This document shows, one piece after another, positions 22,388-32,000 of a stretch of 32,000 nucleotides of DNA. This DNA comes from Candidatus Saccharimonadota bacterium (GTDB lineage Bacteria > Patescibacteriota > Gracilibacteria > BD1-5 > UBA2023). Within the stretch, counting starts at the first letter, position 1, and each line of letters begins with the position of its first letter. The position numbers and the translations under genes are program-made. Where the stretch lies: NCBI GenBank assembly GCA_042852035.1, contig BAAFHK010000001.1:210001-242000 (forward strand), in the 5' to 3' direction. The notes beneath the pieces were generated by a model. That model ran no database searches. It was not told the DNA's origin and worked only from the letters and a program-made list of their open reading frames with translations.

Positions 22388-23020
22388 TTATTTCGTATTT
22401 TTGAAGCTACTCAAGTGAAAGAGGTCGAATGGAGGAAAGAATGGATGGAAGCAACGACTTTTTCTCGTAAAGTGTTTCTCAATCTGTTTCGAGAGTCCTG
22501 ACGCTCCATGATAATGGATTCCAGTTCCAGGTCATTCTACCATACTAAAAGTTCCCTTTAAGAGAAAACGCCCAATCTTATAGATAATATTTTCAGTTGG
22601 CATCGATACGATAAGTTTTCCACCAGGTTTTAGGATACGTCGAAGTTCGCTAAGGGGTGCCTCAAGGAATTCAAAATGCTCAAGAACGTCCAAAATAATG
22701 ATAGTATCAAAAACGTTATCTTCGAAGGTTGTTTTTGTAAGATCTTCACAAAGAAAACGAGCATTATCAACAGATAAAGTTGTAACATTCTCATTAAAAT
22801 CAATGCCAGTAATATTGGTAAAACCAGCGTTTGAGAGCATCCGCACAACACGTCCATCACCACATCCCGCATCAAGAATTGCTTCATTATGATTTTTACA
22901 TTGCTTTACTGCCCAGGTAAGGCGTTTTGTGAATATCCACTGAATGAGTGGATTTTTTGATTCATATTCTGGAACAATGGATTCAAGAGTCTGTTTTTTT
23001 TCATCGAGCAGAGTGGTCAT
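22388..23020 (-). CDS. Class I SAM-dependent methyltransferase, 210 aa
   Basis: Track ORF 22532..23020 (ILDAGCGDGRVV, FDTIIILDVLEH, LKPGGKLIVS) extends through TGA 22532-22534 by 47 codons to TAA 22388-22390. Confidence 0.85.
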
Positions 23021-23032
23021 AAGTGAGTGAGA

Positions 23033-23752
23033 TTAGTGAGTATGTTTGTTGTTTTTAGGCTTCCAAAAGCGATAGCGAAAAAGAGTAAATATGGCATCGG
23101 CACCATCATGCCATCGAATTTTTTTTCATTCTGAAATCTTTCGAGGATGATAGTGAATGCCAATCTCAGCGATTTTATGTCCCATTCGAGCCGCTTTTGC
23201 AGTCACTTCAGGGCAAAATTCGAATCTTGTACATTGTAAGTCCATATCCTTCAACATTTTTGTCTCAATGAGCTTGTAGCAGGTTGGCTCATCGGTGATG
23301 TCGAGTTTATAGAGAAGATTCGAGAGAATGCTCAGAAGCTTTCCTCCAAGAAAAAAGCTTAGATGAGAGTATCCTTCATAAAAATTCATACTTCTTGATC
23401 CATAAAGAATCGAAAGATTATTATCTATGAGGTAATGAATCATTGGGATATAGTCCTCTGGGTCGTATTCAAGATCCGCATCCTGAATAATACAGTATTC
23501 TCATGTTGCCTTTTCAAGACCAGTGCGTAATGCGCTTCCTTTGCCTTTATTTTTTTCATGATAGAGAACAATATATTTCTCTTCCATTCATTTGAGAATT
23601 TCTCTGGTTTTGTCAGTTGAAAAGTCATCAACAATGATAATCTCCTTTTCGATGTTATAGGGGAGCTTTACTTTTTCTACCTTTTCAATCAGGGTAAGAA
23701 TATTTTTTTCCTCATTATAGACGGGGATGAGTATGGAGAGTTTATTGAGCAT
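23033..23752 (-). CDS. GT2-family glycosyltransferase, GtrB / polyprenol-phosphate hexose synthase-like, 239 aa
   Basis: ATG at 23752, TAA at 23033-23035. Motifs: LSILIPVYNEEKNI, IIIVDDFSTDKT, NKGKGSALRTG, IIQDADLEYDPED, and EFCPEVTAKAARMGHKIAEIGIHY. Confidence 0.9.
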
Positions 23753-24119
23753 GAGAGGCGAACGTTACATATTTACTGGCGAGAAAGTTGAGTCCCATAA
23801 CGAGAATTTTCCCGACAATAGCAATCGCGATATAATGGTACTTGAGGATATCTACTCCTATATAGAGAATAAGGGAATAAATTCAAAATGATCCTACATT
23901 AACAAGAAAAAAGGAAGTATATTGTCTCCATATATCTTTTCTCTTGCAGTCAAAGGTATATTTTTTATGAATAAAAAAAGCAATCAGAAGCACAATATTG
24001 AAACTCATGCATGCTGAAACGAGATAATAAAACCCGAAAATATCAGTAAAGGTATAGAGAAGACCAAGGTCGAGAAGGGCTGAGAGTCAGCCGATGATGA
24101 TGAATTTTATAAGCTGCAT
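23742..24119 (-). CDS. gtrA: GtrA-family membrane protein, 125 aa
   Basis: ATG at 24119, TAA at 23742-23744, overlapping the GT2 start by 11 nt. Translation MQLIKFIIIGGLSALLDLGLLYTFTDIFGFYYLVSACMSF...NFLASKYVTF has 4 TM helices and the GtrA signature. Confidence 0.88.
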
Positions 24120-25207
24120 TACTTTTGTATTACGTAGATCTTTCAGAAATCTCCAAAAGATTGAACTTTTTCTATATTCCATCGGTATGATCGATTTTCT
24201 CCGGGATTCCAACTGAGTATTTTCGAGTTCTCATCATAGATAGGATCAACGAAACCAAAAGGAGCATCTCACCCATAGGGATTATAGGTGAAGACATATT
24301 CAAGTTCTTCAGGGTCTTTGAATTTTACATAAGGATACATATGGTACTTTCCTTCACTATCATATGGGTAAGGGGCGATAAAATTTCATTTTGATGATGA
24401 CTTTACCTGACTTCGTACAAAATCAAGAAACTGGTAAAAATCTCCATTTTTTGCCAGCCTACCATTCGACATAAAATTCGGTGCAGACGCGAAATCCTTA
24501 TACATTCTCACTTGATTGAAGCTCGAGAAGAAATCAAAGAAAATCCAAAAAAATACAAGAATAAAGAATCAAAATAAAATACTCTTTTTAAAGCGACCAT
24601 GTGACTCCTTCTCGAACATTGACCAAATCAATGCAGCAGACAAAAGAAAAAGAATGATGGGGAAGAATGCCTTGTTAATATAGACTCATCCCCACATCGG
24701 TCACTCGAGAAAGTTGATGGTACGAGGAGTGAATGGAGTATAGTGGGTTGCAGACTTAAAATTCTCTATAAATCGAGAGAGTGGATCATATTGACCAATG
24801 TTTACCTGGAAGTTTTTTCATGTAAGTGCCCCGTTTACTATGAGGATTATTGGCATCTCTTTTGGGAGTTGGCTATAGTATGGAAGAGAGCTGAAGTTAA
24901 ATTTTTTTTCTCTCTTTGTTGTATCTTCTATGTTTTCAAGACCTCAAGCAAGTATCTGGTTTCCATTCAGGAACCCATATCAAATCACTCCCTTTCCACT
25001 TATGTCACCACTAAATTCTATGAATTCATTCTTATTGAGATTTCCAAGTATTATAAAGCACTGTTGTTCACAGACAAATTCACTTCCACTGGTCTTGCTG
25101 GTAAAAGATTCGAATCACTGTTTTTGTAGAACAGTGAAATCTATATCCGCATATAGTAGGGCAGGAATAACAGACAAGACGAGCGCGATAGCTATTCGTA
25201 ATTTCAT
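24119..25207 (-). CDS. Hypothetical membrane protein, 362 aa (signal/anchor, ~150-aa domain, 2 TM, ~180-aa domain)
   Basis: ATG at 25207, TAA at 24119-24121 sharing its last A with the gtrA ATG (TAATG), with about 11 TGA=Gly. N-terminus MKLRIAIALVLSVIPALLYA. Central TMs AFFPIILFLLSAALIWSMF and ILFGFFILVFFWIFFDFF. An alternative TTG start at 25291 lies 7 nt after a GGAGG (25299-25303). No family recognised. Confidence 0.7.
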
Positions 25208-25327
25208 AGAAAGGATAATAACGAAATTCCACAAAAAAATCTCCGCGATTTTATTACCCGCGCATTCTATGAATTTTCCACTATTATTCAAATCTCTTCC
25301 TCCTTCCTGTGATGCGCAAATTGACAA

Positions 25328-26458
25328 TTATTGTATTCCTATGTTTCTACTAAGAAAATCTCAGAAACTCTTTATGAAAACCTCCTTTGAAAAATTCTTC
25401 GCATGCTTTTGTATCTCTGTTTTATTCCAGGTCATTCATTCGAAAGATGTTATCGCAGTGTTCAGTTCCTCAGGAGTTTGTGTTGAGAAAAAAATACCCG
25501 TCTTTCATTCCACAATACTTTCGGTTGCCCCTCATTTTCCATAGGCAATTATCGGGGTTCCGAGTGACATCGCCTCCACAGGGACAAGTCCGAAATCCTC
25601 GAGAGGAGGGAAGAGAAATGCCTTAGCCTTTGCCATAAGTTTTATTTTTTCTTCATTGGATACTCGAAATTTCCACTCGATATTTGGTTTTGATTTTCCT
25701 TTGAGTTCATGATAGAGCTTTGTATCCGTTGCTGTGCAGAGGATGAGTTTTTTTCCATTTGTGTTGAATGCATCGACAAGTAGATCGAATCGCTTATAGG
25801 GAATGCATCGACCAAGTCCGAGATAGTATGGTTCGTGATCCTGTCATTCTGACAATTCTTCTCTATTAGGTGATACTTCCACTCATGGATAGATTACCTC
25901 TGCATCTCGATTATAGTATTTTCTGATTCTCTCTGCTGTGTTCTTCGAGTTTGCGATAAAATAGTCTACTCTCTTGCTCGCTCTATAGTCAACCCTCTTC
26001 ATCCAGTTTCTTACAAGTGGAAAAATAAATTTCACCAGAGGGTTCAGATATCCGAATTCCATCATTTCCTCATATTCCTTGGCGTGACTCCAGTAATAAC
26101 GAGTTGGAGTATGGCAGTAGCAAATATGTTTCACTCAGGCTTTCCTTTTTGAGTATCAGGCATTTTTCGATTCTGCTGAGCTCGAAGAGATGATGACATC
26201 ATATTCCGAAAGGTCGAAACTCCGAAATGCCCATGGCCTCAGAAGTCCAGCGAGTTTGTGTTTACGGTTAAAAAATGGAATATGCTGTATCCAACTCGTA
26301 TAAACCTTCCTTCCTTCCAGCATTGGATGGTTCATGTAGCAGACACTCGTAAATATATCTGCCTCAGGAAACATTTCGAGGAGATGTGATATGACGAGCT
26401 CTGCTCATCAGAAATCGATGAGCCAATCAGCAATGATGGCTATTTTTTTCCCTTTCAT
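25328..26458 (-). CDS. GT4-family glycosyltransferase, 376 aa
   Basis: ATG at 26458, TAA at 25328-25330. Translation MKGKKIAIIADWLIDFGGAELV...HICYCHTPTRYYW...FLFPPLEDFGLVPVEAMSLGTPIIAYGKGGATESIVEGKTGIFF. Confidence 0.88.
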
Positions 26459-26470
26459 TGTTTTTAGATA

Positions 26471-27301
26471 TTACTTCCAGAGCTTATTCATGTCCCCAAT
26501 AAATGCATTATAAGATGATAAGAATGCTTTATTGAGGGATGGATTTTTTAAGTATTTCCCTACGGTTGCTGATCACCATGATATCTGTGATTTTCTTGAG
26601 TCAAAAAGAATCTTGCAGTCTGCATTCTTTTTAATTTCATTAAGGAATCATGCTAAATTATAGTATGTAAAATTCGGGTATTTTGAACATTGGAACACTA
26701 TATGAGTTGGGTTCTTTATTTGTGAATCTGTTGCAAAATCCGTGTAAGTATATATTCCTGCAATTTCTTTAGAACTTACCATATAAAAAATATTGTCTTT
26801 TATAAAAATATAATTCAATTGAAATGATGAATATTCACCATTTCATCAGCCACTAATCGTTACAATTCAGTTTTTTAATCACTTTGCTGCAACAACAAAT
26901 CTCGGAATTCATAGATAATCTCCTCTTGCATAGAATGGGTCTAGTGAATTCCAATATTTTTCAATTAATAACGCTGCTTGAGTTGTATTTTTTTTCTTCA
27001 TGTATTCTGAGAATTTCAGAAATCTTTCTTTGCTCCAATCTTTACTTTTGGATGCTAATTGGATTGAATTGTAAGAATCCATTGTTCATTGATTGAAATC
27101 AGAAATATCTTTTCGAATATCTTCCTCAAGATTTGCTATGTTATAATATTGAATATATCATGCTCAATTGGCCTGATATTGTGTTCATACCTTTTTTTGA
27201 ATTCATAAAATTTCTCAAGATATAGTTTCTTTTGCAGAAACATTATTGAATGCTACCCCGAATCATGCGATAAATGTCACTAACGCAAAGATATATTTCA
27301 T
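26471..27301 (-). CDS. Hypothetical secreted protein with N-terminal signal peptide, 276 aa
   Basis: ATG at 27301, TAA at 26471-26473, 12 nt before the GT4 ATG, with 14 in-frame TGA. Signal-like N-terminus MKYIFALVTFIAGFGVAFNNVSA. No minus-strand ORF appears here in the track. I checked the revcomp line by line and found no TAA or TAG in 276 codons of very AT-rich DNA. Confidence 0.7.
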
Positions 27302-27373
27302 ATTAAGTTTTTAAAAAATGATGATGAACAATATTCTATTGTTTTCCTCTTCTTTTTCAATATTCTTCAAAAA

Positions 27374-28504
27374 ATGGAAAAACCAAAAATTGCTATCATC
27401 CATGACGCCTTCCTCTATCGCGGAGGGGGAGAGCGACTCGTGACTCTCATGGCGAAAACACTCAATGCGGATCTTGTGTCATGATTTTTTAGTGAGTGAA
27501 GTTTTGATCCGAGAGAACTCGGATTTAAGGGGAAGATGATCTCTCTCGGGAAGCCTGTGTTTATGAAGGGCGTTCGTCATATGGTCCTCAAATGGAGATT
27601 CTTCTGGCATGCGAAAACTCTCAGGAACTACGATATTGTAATCTTCTCATGAGATTGTCTCGGAGCGTTGAAGCACATGAGGCATGATTCGAAGAAATTA
27701 TACTATTGTCATACTCCACCTAGGTATCTCTATGACTTTAAAGAGCGATATCTCGAGAAGATGCCATGGTATATCCGACCAGTATTCTCTCTTATATTCT
27801 CATTTTTTTCGAAGATCTATGAGAGAAATCTAAGGAAATTCGACGCTATCTACACGAATTCAGAAAATGTAAAAAAGCGACTTCTCGAATATACCTGATT
27901 TCAGTCAGAGATTATCTATCCACCGACTGATACTCATTTTTTTTCTCCCTGAAAGGTACATCTCCCAGAGGAAATACCATTTTCTTCATGAGAATATTTC
28001 TTCTCTTGGGCGAGACTTTCTCCACCAAAAAGAGTTGATCTTGTTATTGATGCATTTCTTGAGCTTCCAGATAGAAAACTTATATTCTCATATGGGGCTA
28101 ATGATCCCCTAAAAGAGCAGATTCTCGAGAAAATTTCCCACTCAGAGAATATTTTCGCTGTTGAGGCACCCAGAGATGATCTTCTCCTGACTCTTATCCG
28201 ATGAGCTATCGCGAGCATATATATACCAGTAGATGAGGATTTTGGTATGTCGCCAGTCGAGAGTATGGCTTGTAGTACACCAGTCATAGGCTCAAAAGAA
28301 TGAGGTATTCTTGAGACTATTATTGATGGAGAGACAGGAAAACTTATTGATATAACGAGTCATGAGCTCGGTATTATACGACTTAAAAATACCATAGTAG
28401 ATACTCCACATGAAGATTGGTTAAGTATGAAGGAGAAATCGAGGCAGCAATCTGAGAAATTTTCTCTTGAAAAATTCCGTCTTCGATTAGAATCATTGCT
28501 ATAA
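27374..28504 (+). CDS. GT4-family glycosyltransferase, 376 aa
   Basis: ATG at 27374, TAA at 28502-28504. Translation MEKPKIAIIHDAFLYRGGGERLV...LYYCHTPPRYLYD...YIPVDEDFGMSPVESMACSTPVIGSKEGGILETIIDGETGKLI. It has the same architecture and length as 25328..26458. Confidence 0.88.
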
Positions 28505-28505
28505 T

Positions 28506-29309
28506 ATGAGAATTTTATGACTTAACATCCATGAAGGAAAGTATAGAGATTTTTTGGAATACATTCGTCACCCACTTCAACCAACTCTTGTTTTTACTCC
28601 AAATCCAGAAATACTTGTGAAGGCATCCAGTGATAGTGATTTTTATAATACACTTAAGAAGGCCGATTTTCTTATTCCTGATGCAAATGGACTCTATACG
28701 GCAACTCTTATTCAAGAAGGTGCTTCGTATATTGGAGCTCTTTTTCGAACCTTTTTTCTAAAACGGAACCTCTCTAAGAGATATGGTGAGCTTATGCGCT
28801 GAAGTACTCTTACGAAGGATCTTGTAGATTTTGCTTGTGATAGTGGCGAGAGTGTACTTATGATAGATAACTATAGAATTCACAAACCGAAAAATTCTTT
28901 TGAAGAAAGAAAAATGCAAGTACAAGCCGAGCTTTCCGAGCGGTTTCAAAAAAAATTTCCAAAACTAATGATTGAGATTCTCTTTGACTGAGAGAAAACC
29001 CCAGAACAAATAGCTCAATTAATTCAGGATAAAGATATTCGATACGTTTTTTCTTGTATCTGAATGAAGGCGCAAGAAGTTCGCTTGACTGAAATATTTT
29101 CACATATTCCTGATTCATGCAAAGTATTGGGAATATGAGTTTGATCCTCTTTTGACTATCTTCTTGGGCTCCAAAAAAGAGCCCCAGTAATCTTTCAGAA
29201 AGCCTGACTCGAATGGTTTTATAGACTTCTTCAGGATCCATTTGTGAGATGGGAGCGCATTAAGAGGGCATTAGTAGATTTTCCTCGATTGGTTGAACAA
29301 TCAAAATAA
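28506..29309 (+). CDS. WecB/TagA/CpsF-family (GT26) glycosyltransferase, 267 aa
   Basis: ATG at 28506, TAA at 29307-29309. Translation ...VFTPNPEILV...ADFLIPDANGL...FSCIGMKAQE...GIGVGSSFDYLLGLQKRAPVIFQKAGLEWFYRLLQDPFVRWER. Confidence 0.9.
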
Positions 29310-29313
29310 ATTT

Positions 29314-30108
29314 CTATATGACATCATAGTACTTCAGTCCTTCGATGAATCCATCTCCATCATTTTGACTTGCTTGAAATCATCCATGCTCTTCTCAGAG
29401 TTTTTTTATTTCTGGATGTGCATTGGCAACTATGATGCTTTTGACTCCTGGTACAAAAAGTCAGACATCATTTTTTCCATCTCAGGCTACAAGTATTTCT
29501 TCGGATCTTAGGTTGTAGCGGAGCATGATCTCTTGGACGCTATTTGCTTTGCTTACACCATTCGGAACAATATCAATACAACCATCAGGATGTCGTACGA
29601 CGTAGAGCTCCCATCCGTTATCTTCGATGAGTGCTCGAAAGTATTGTTCCCATACGAGGGTTTCTTCTATATTTGTTCCTGCAGGAAAAAGAGTTATCAT
29701 GGTCTCCTTAAGTTCGGGACGATATTTCACCCACTTATTATTGAGCTTAAATTTTCTCTTAAATGAATCAAGCTTTATGGTTGAAAGAAATTCTGAAATA
29801 TCACTCACATCTCGTGCCGTATTTATTGAGGTATAGGTTACCGGCTTTACGGCAGTTCGTTGCATAAAAAGACCACCATTCTCAGCTCCGATATAATCAA
29901 AGGGCTTGAGTCACATGCCTACAGCTACTCATCGCATATAGTCTGCTCCTTTTCCAGTTGATGGTCAGATGAGTATTTTATCTTGTAGATTTCTACGAAA
30001 AACCCGAATTATTTTATCGCTTGCTGGTCATCATTGAGGCATTATAGTTCCATCCACATCAAATAAAACTGCTTTTACTGAAGCGTTTCCATTTCTTTGA
30101 GAATTCAT
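29314..30108 (-). CDS. HAD-IIB family hydrolase (Cof / sugar-phosphatase-like), 264 aa
   Basis: ATG at 30108, TAG at 29314-29316. Motif I AVLFDVDGTI, motif II GPSTGKG, motif IV AGDGKNDVGLF. Confidence 0.85.
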
Positions 30109-30225
30109 AGGAAGTGAGTGGTTATGAGTAAATAAATTATACTAAAATATTATATAGAGTCAATATATGATTTTTTCAAATCAGTATTCGATTTTTTTAA
30201 AAATTTTACTAGAATATAACTACTT

Positions 30226-31452
30226 ATGTTACAAATTCGCAGAAAAACACATACTGTCATGGTCGGAAATATCCCAATAGGAAGTGGGCACCCTATAGTA
30301 ATCCAGTCGATGACGAATACTCCGACGCGTGATATCGAGGCAACGCTGACTCAGATTATCGAACTTGCAGATACAGGATCTGAGCTCGTACGTATCACTA
30401 TCAATGATGATGCCGCAGCAGTTGCAGTCCCTGAGATTGTAAGAAAACTCCGAGAAAAGTGATACCTCACCCCGATTGTTGGAGACTTTCATTACAATGG
30501 GCATATTCTCCTCGAGAAATATCCAGAAATGGCGCGGTCTATTTCGAAATACCGAGTTAATCCAGGAAATGTCGGGAAATGAAACCGCCACGATGACAAC
30601 TATAAAAAATTTATCGAATGTGCAATAAAGTATAATCTTCCTGTTCGTATTGGAGTCAATGGATGATCCCTCGATGACGAACTTCTCTCAGCCAATATGG
30701 AAATGAATGCAAAGCGAGAGAATCCAAAATCCTGACAGGATGTATATATAGATACTATGGTAGAATCTGGTCTTATCTCTGCAAGAAAGGCAGTTGAATG
30801 GGGACTACCTGAGGATAAAATCATTATTTCAGTGAAGATGAGTGACCTTCAGTCGATGATAGGTGCCTATGAGCGAATTGCCTCACAGTGTGAGTATCCT
30901 CTCCATCTCTGACTTACAGAGGCTGGTGCGGGCACGAAGGGAATTGTCTCTTCTTCCGCAGCGCTTTCTCTATTGCTTGAGCAAGGAATAGGGGATACTA
31001 TAAGAGTTTCTCTTACTCCCGAACCTGGAGCTCCACGCACTCTCGAAGTGGAAGTTTGTAGGGATATTCTTCAGTCAATGTGATTTCGTGCTTTCGAGCC
31101 TCAGATTGTGAGTTGTCCCGGATGTGGACGAACGAGTTCTGATAAATTCCAGATTCTTGCAAAATATGTAAAAGAACGAATCAGAGAAAAAATGCCGGAA
31201 TGGAAGAAGAAATACTACAATTTTGAATCCACTCATATCGCTGTTATGTGATGTATTGTGAATGGTGTTGGGGAAGCAAAAAATGCAGATATTGGTATAT
31301 TTATCCCATGAGATGCTGAAGCTCCACAGCTTCAGATCTATGTAAAGTGAGAACACTATAAATCTCTTGAGTGAAAAGATATTCTCAGTGTTGGAAGAGA
31401 GTTTATAGGGGTAATTGAGGAATATTTTGATCAAGAATTTACTCAGAAATAA
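30226..31452 (+). CDS. ispG: 4-hydroxy-3-methylbut-2-en-1-yl diphosphate synthase (IspG/GcpE), 408 aa
   Basis: ATG at 30226, TAA at 31450-31452, with about 13 TGA=Gly. Motifs: [57 protein letters not shown] (TGA at 31249-31251). Confidence 0.95.
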
Positions 31453-31639
31453 GTCAACTCAAATCTTCTCCTACTTTTTTTGCTACCTCAGTACTTACTG
31501 TAGCACCAGAAAGAAAGGCTTGAATTTTTCGAAGCTCAATAGCATATTCCTTGCTTCAATCTCATCACTTTGTTACGATGGCTTGATAATCCTTTCAAGC
31601 TTGTAGATATCTATCGTATGCTATTTGACTTAATTCCAT
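31439..31639 (-). CDS. Small hypothetical protein, 66 aa (doubtful)
   Basis: ATG at 31639, TAA at 31439-31441, with 5 TGA=Gly. It overlaps the ispG 3' end by 14 nt. Its ATG abuts the terminator hairpin with no room for a promoter or RBS. No family recognised. Confidence 0.3.
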
Positions 31640-31640
31640 A

Positions 31641-31679
31641 ATAAAAATACGTTATAATATTCTTATAACGTATTTTTAT
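31641..31679. terminator. Perfect 17-bp inverted repeat with 5-nt loop (A/T-flanked, potentially bidirectional intrinsic terminator)
   Basis: ATAAAAATACGTTATAA (31641-31657), loop TATTC, TTATAACGTATTTTTAT (31663-31679). It lies 13 nt downstream of the DUF305 stop on the minus strand. Confidence 0.75.
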
Positions 31680-31691
31680 TATTTATCAAGT

Positions 31692-32000
31692 TTAATAGTA
31701 TTTTTCACATCATAGCATAGTTGGCATTTCGCGACAATGCTCTCGCATCATCTCATCTTGAGGATCTATGCTAGTTCCGCTCGATATAGTTCCACTATTT
31801 GTATAGCCCCATTCTCTGAGCCATTTCTCCATTTGATCGATTTCATTTGCTTGTGCTGCGATGATATCAGCACCAAGTTTTTTGAGTTCGTCGTGTTTTG
31901 CTCCAGTAAGATATTTTGCCATATCGATAGCTCATTGATGATGGGGAATCATCGCAATAAGAAAGGCCTTATCAAGATCATCTCAAGTTTTTCCTTCGAG
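31692..32000 (-). CDS. DUF305-family protein, C-terminal fragment (gene starts beyond the right edge)
   Basis: Open from 32000 to TAA 31692-31694. Translation ...DLDKAFLIAMIPHHQGAIDMAKYLTGAKHDELKKLGADIIAAQANEIDQMEKWLREWGY is the DUF305 HH motif repeat. The track end at 31710 is a TGA=Gly codon. Confidence 0.85.

Noticed and set aside
25233-25262. A possible minus-strand terminator (CGCG ... CGCG then a T-run) in the 120-bp gap after the GT4.
   Set aside because: The stem is only 4 bp with an 11-nt loop, which is too weak to call. It would also lie inside the CDS if the alternative TTG start at 25291 is used.
24743-25544. Plus-strand ORFs of 128 aa and 204 aa (24743..25129 and 24930..25544).
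   Set aside because: Both lie antisense to the minus-strand membrane protein and the GT4. They have no motifs and would break the tightly coupled minus-strand operon.
31641-31679. The perfect inverted repeat as terminal inverted repeats of a MITE or IS remnant.
   Set aside because: The two arms are separated by only 5 nt, there is no second copy in the window, and I saw no target-site duplication or transposase. Its position right after a stop codon fits a terminator.

Overview
AT-rich bacterial window whose genes only make sense if TGA is read as glycine (translation table 25, known from Absconditabacteria/SR1 and Gracilibacteria in the CPR). The supplied standard-code ORF track is therefore fragmented and includes antisense artefacts. 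I re-derived about 40 gene models by hand with TGA=Gly, and every complete model ends in TAA or TAG. Layout: 1-7.3 kb holds housekeeping genes: an EamA transporter fragment, SRPBCC, an isochorismatase-family hydrolase, DUF1398, ITPase, a Zn-ribbon protein, a SAM-I riboswitch with metK, DUF465, ApbE, a CsaA-type tRNA-binding protein and recJ. 7.3-29.3 kb is a ~22 kb, 25-gene surface-glycan locus: a 14-gene plus-strand operon, a 9-gene minus-strand operon and a 2-gene plus-strand pair. The locus has 10 glycosyltransferases (2 GT2, about 6 GT4 including a GalE-GT4 fusion, 1 GT1-like, 1 WecB/TagA GT26) and 4 class I SAM methyltransferases. It also has a FemAB-like transferase, an HprK-like P-loop kinase next to a nucleotidyltransferase, a PIG-L deacetylase, WbqC, GtrA and several uncharacterised membrane or secreted proteins. 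29.3-32 kb holds a HAD-IIB hydrolase, ispG, a doubtful small ORF, a perfect hairpin terminator and a DUF305 fragment. I recognised no rRNA, tRNA, CRISPR array, transposase or integrase. All family calls come from motif recognition by eye, not from database searches.
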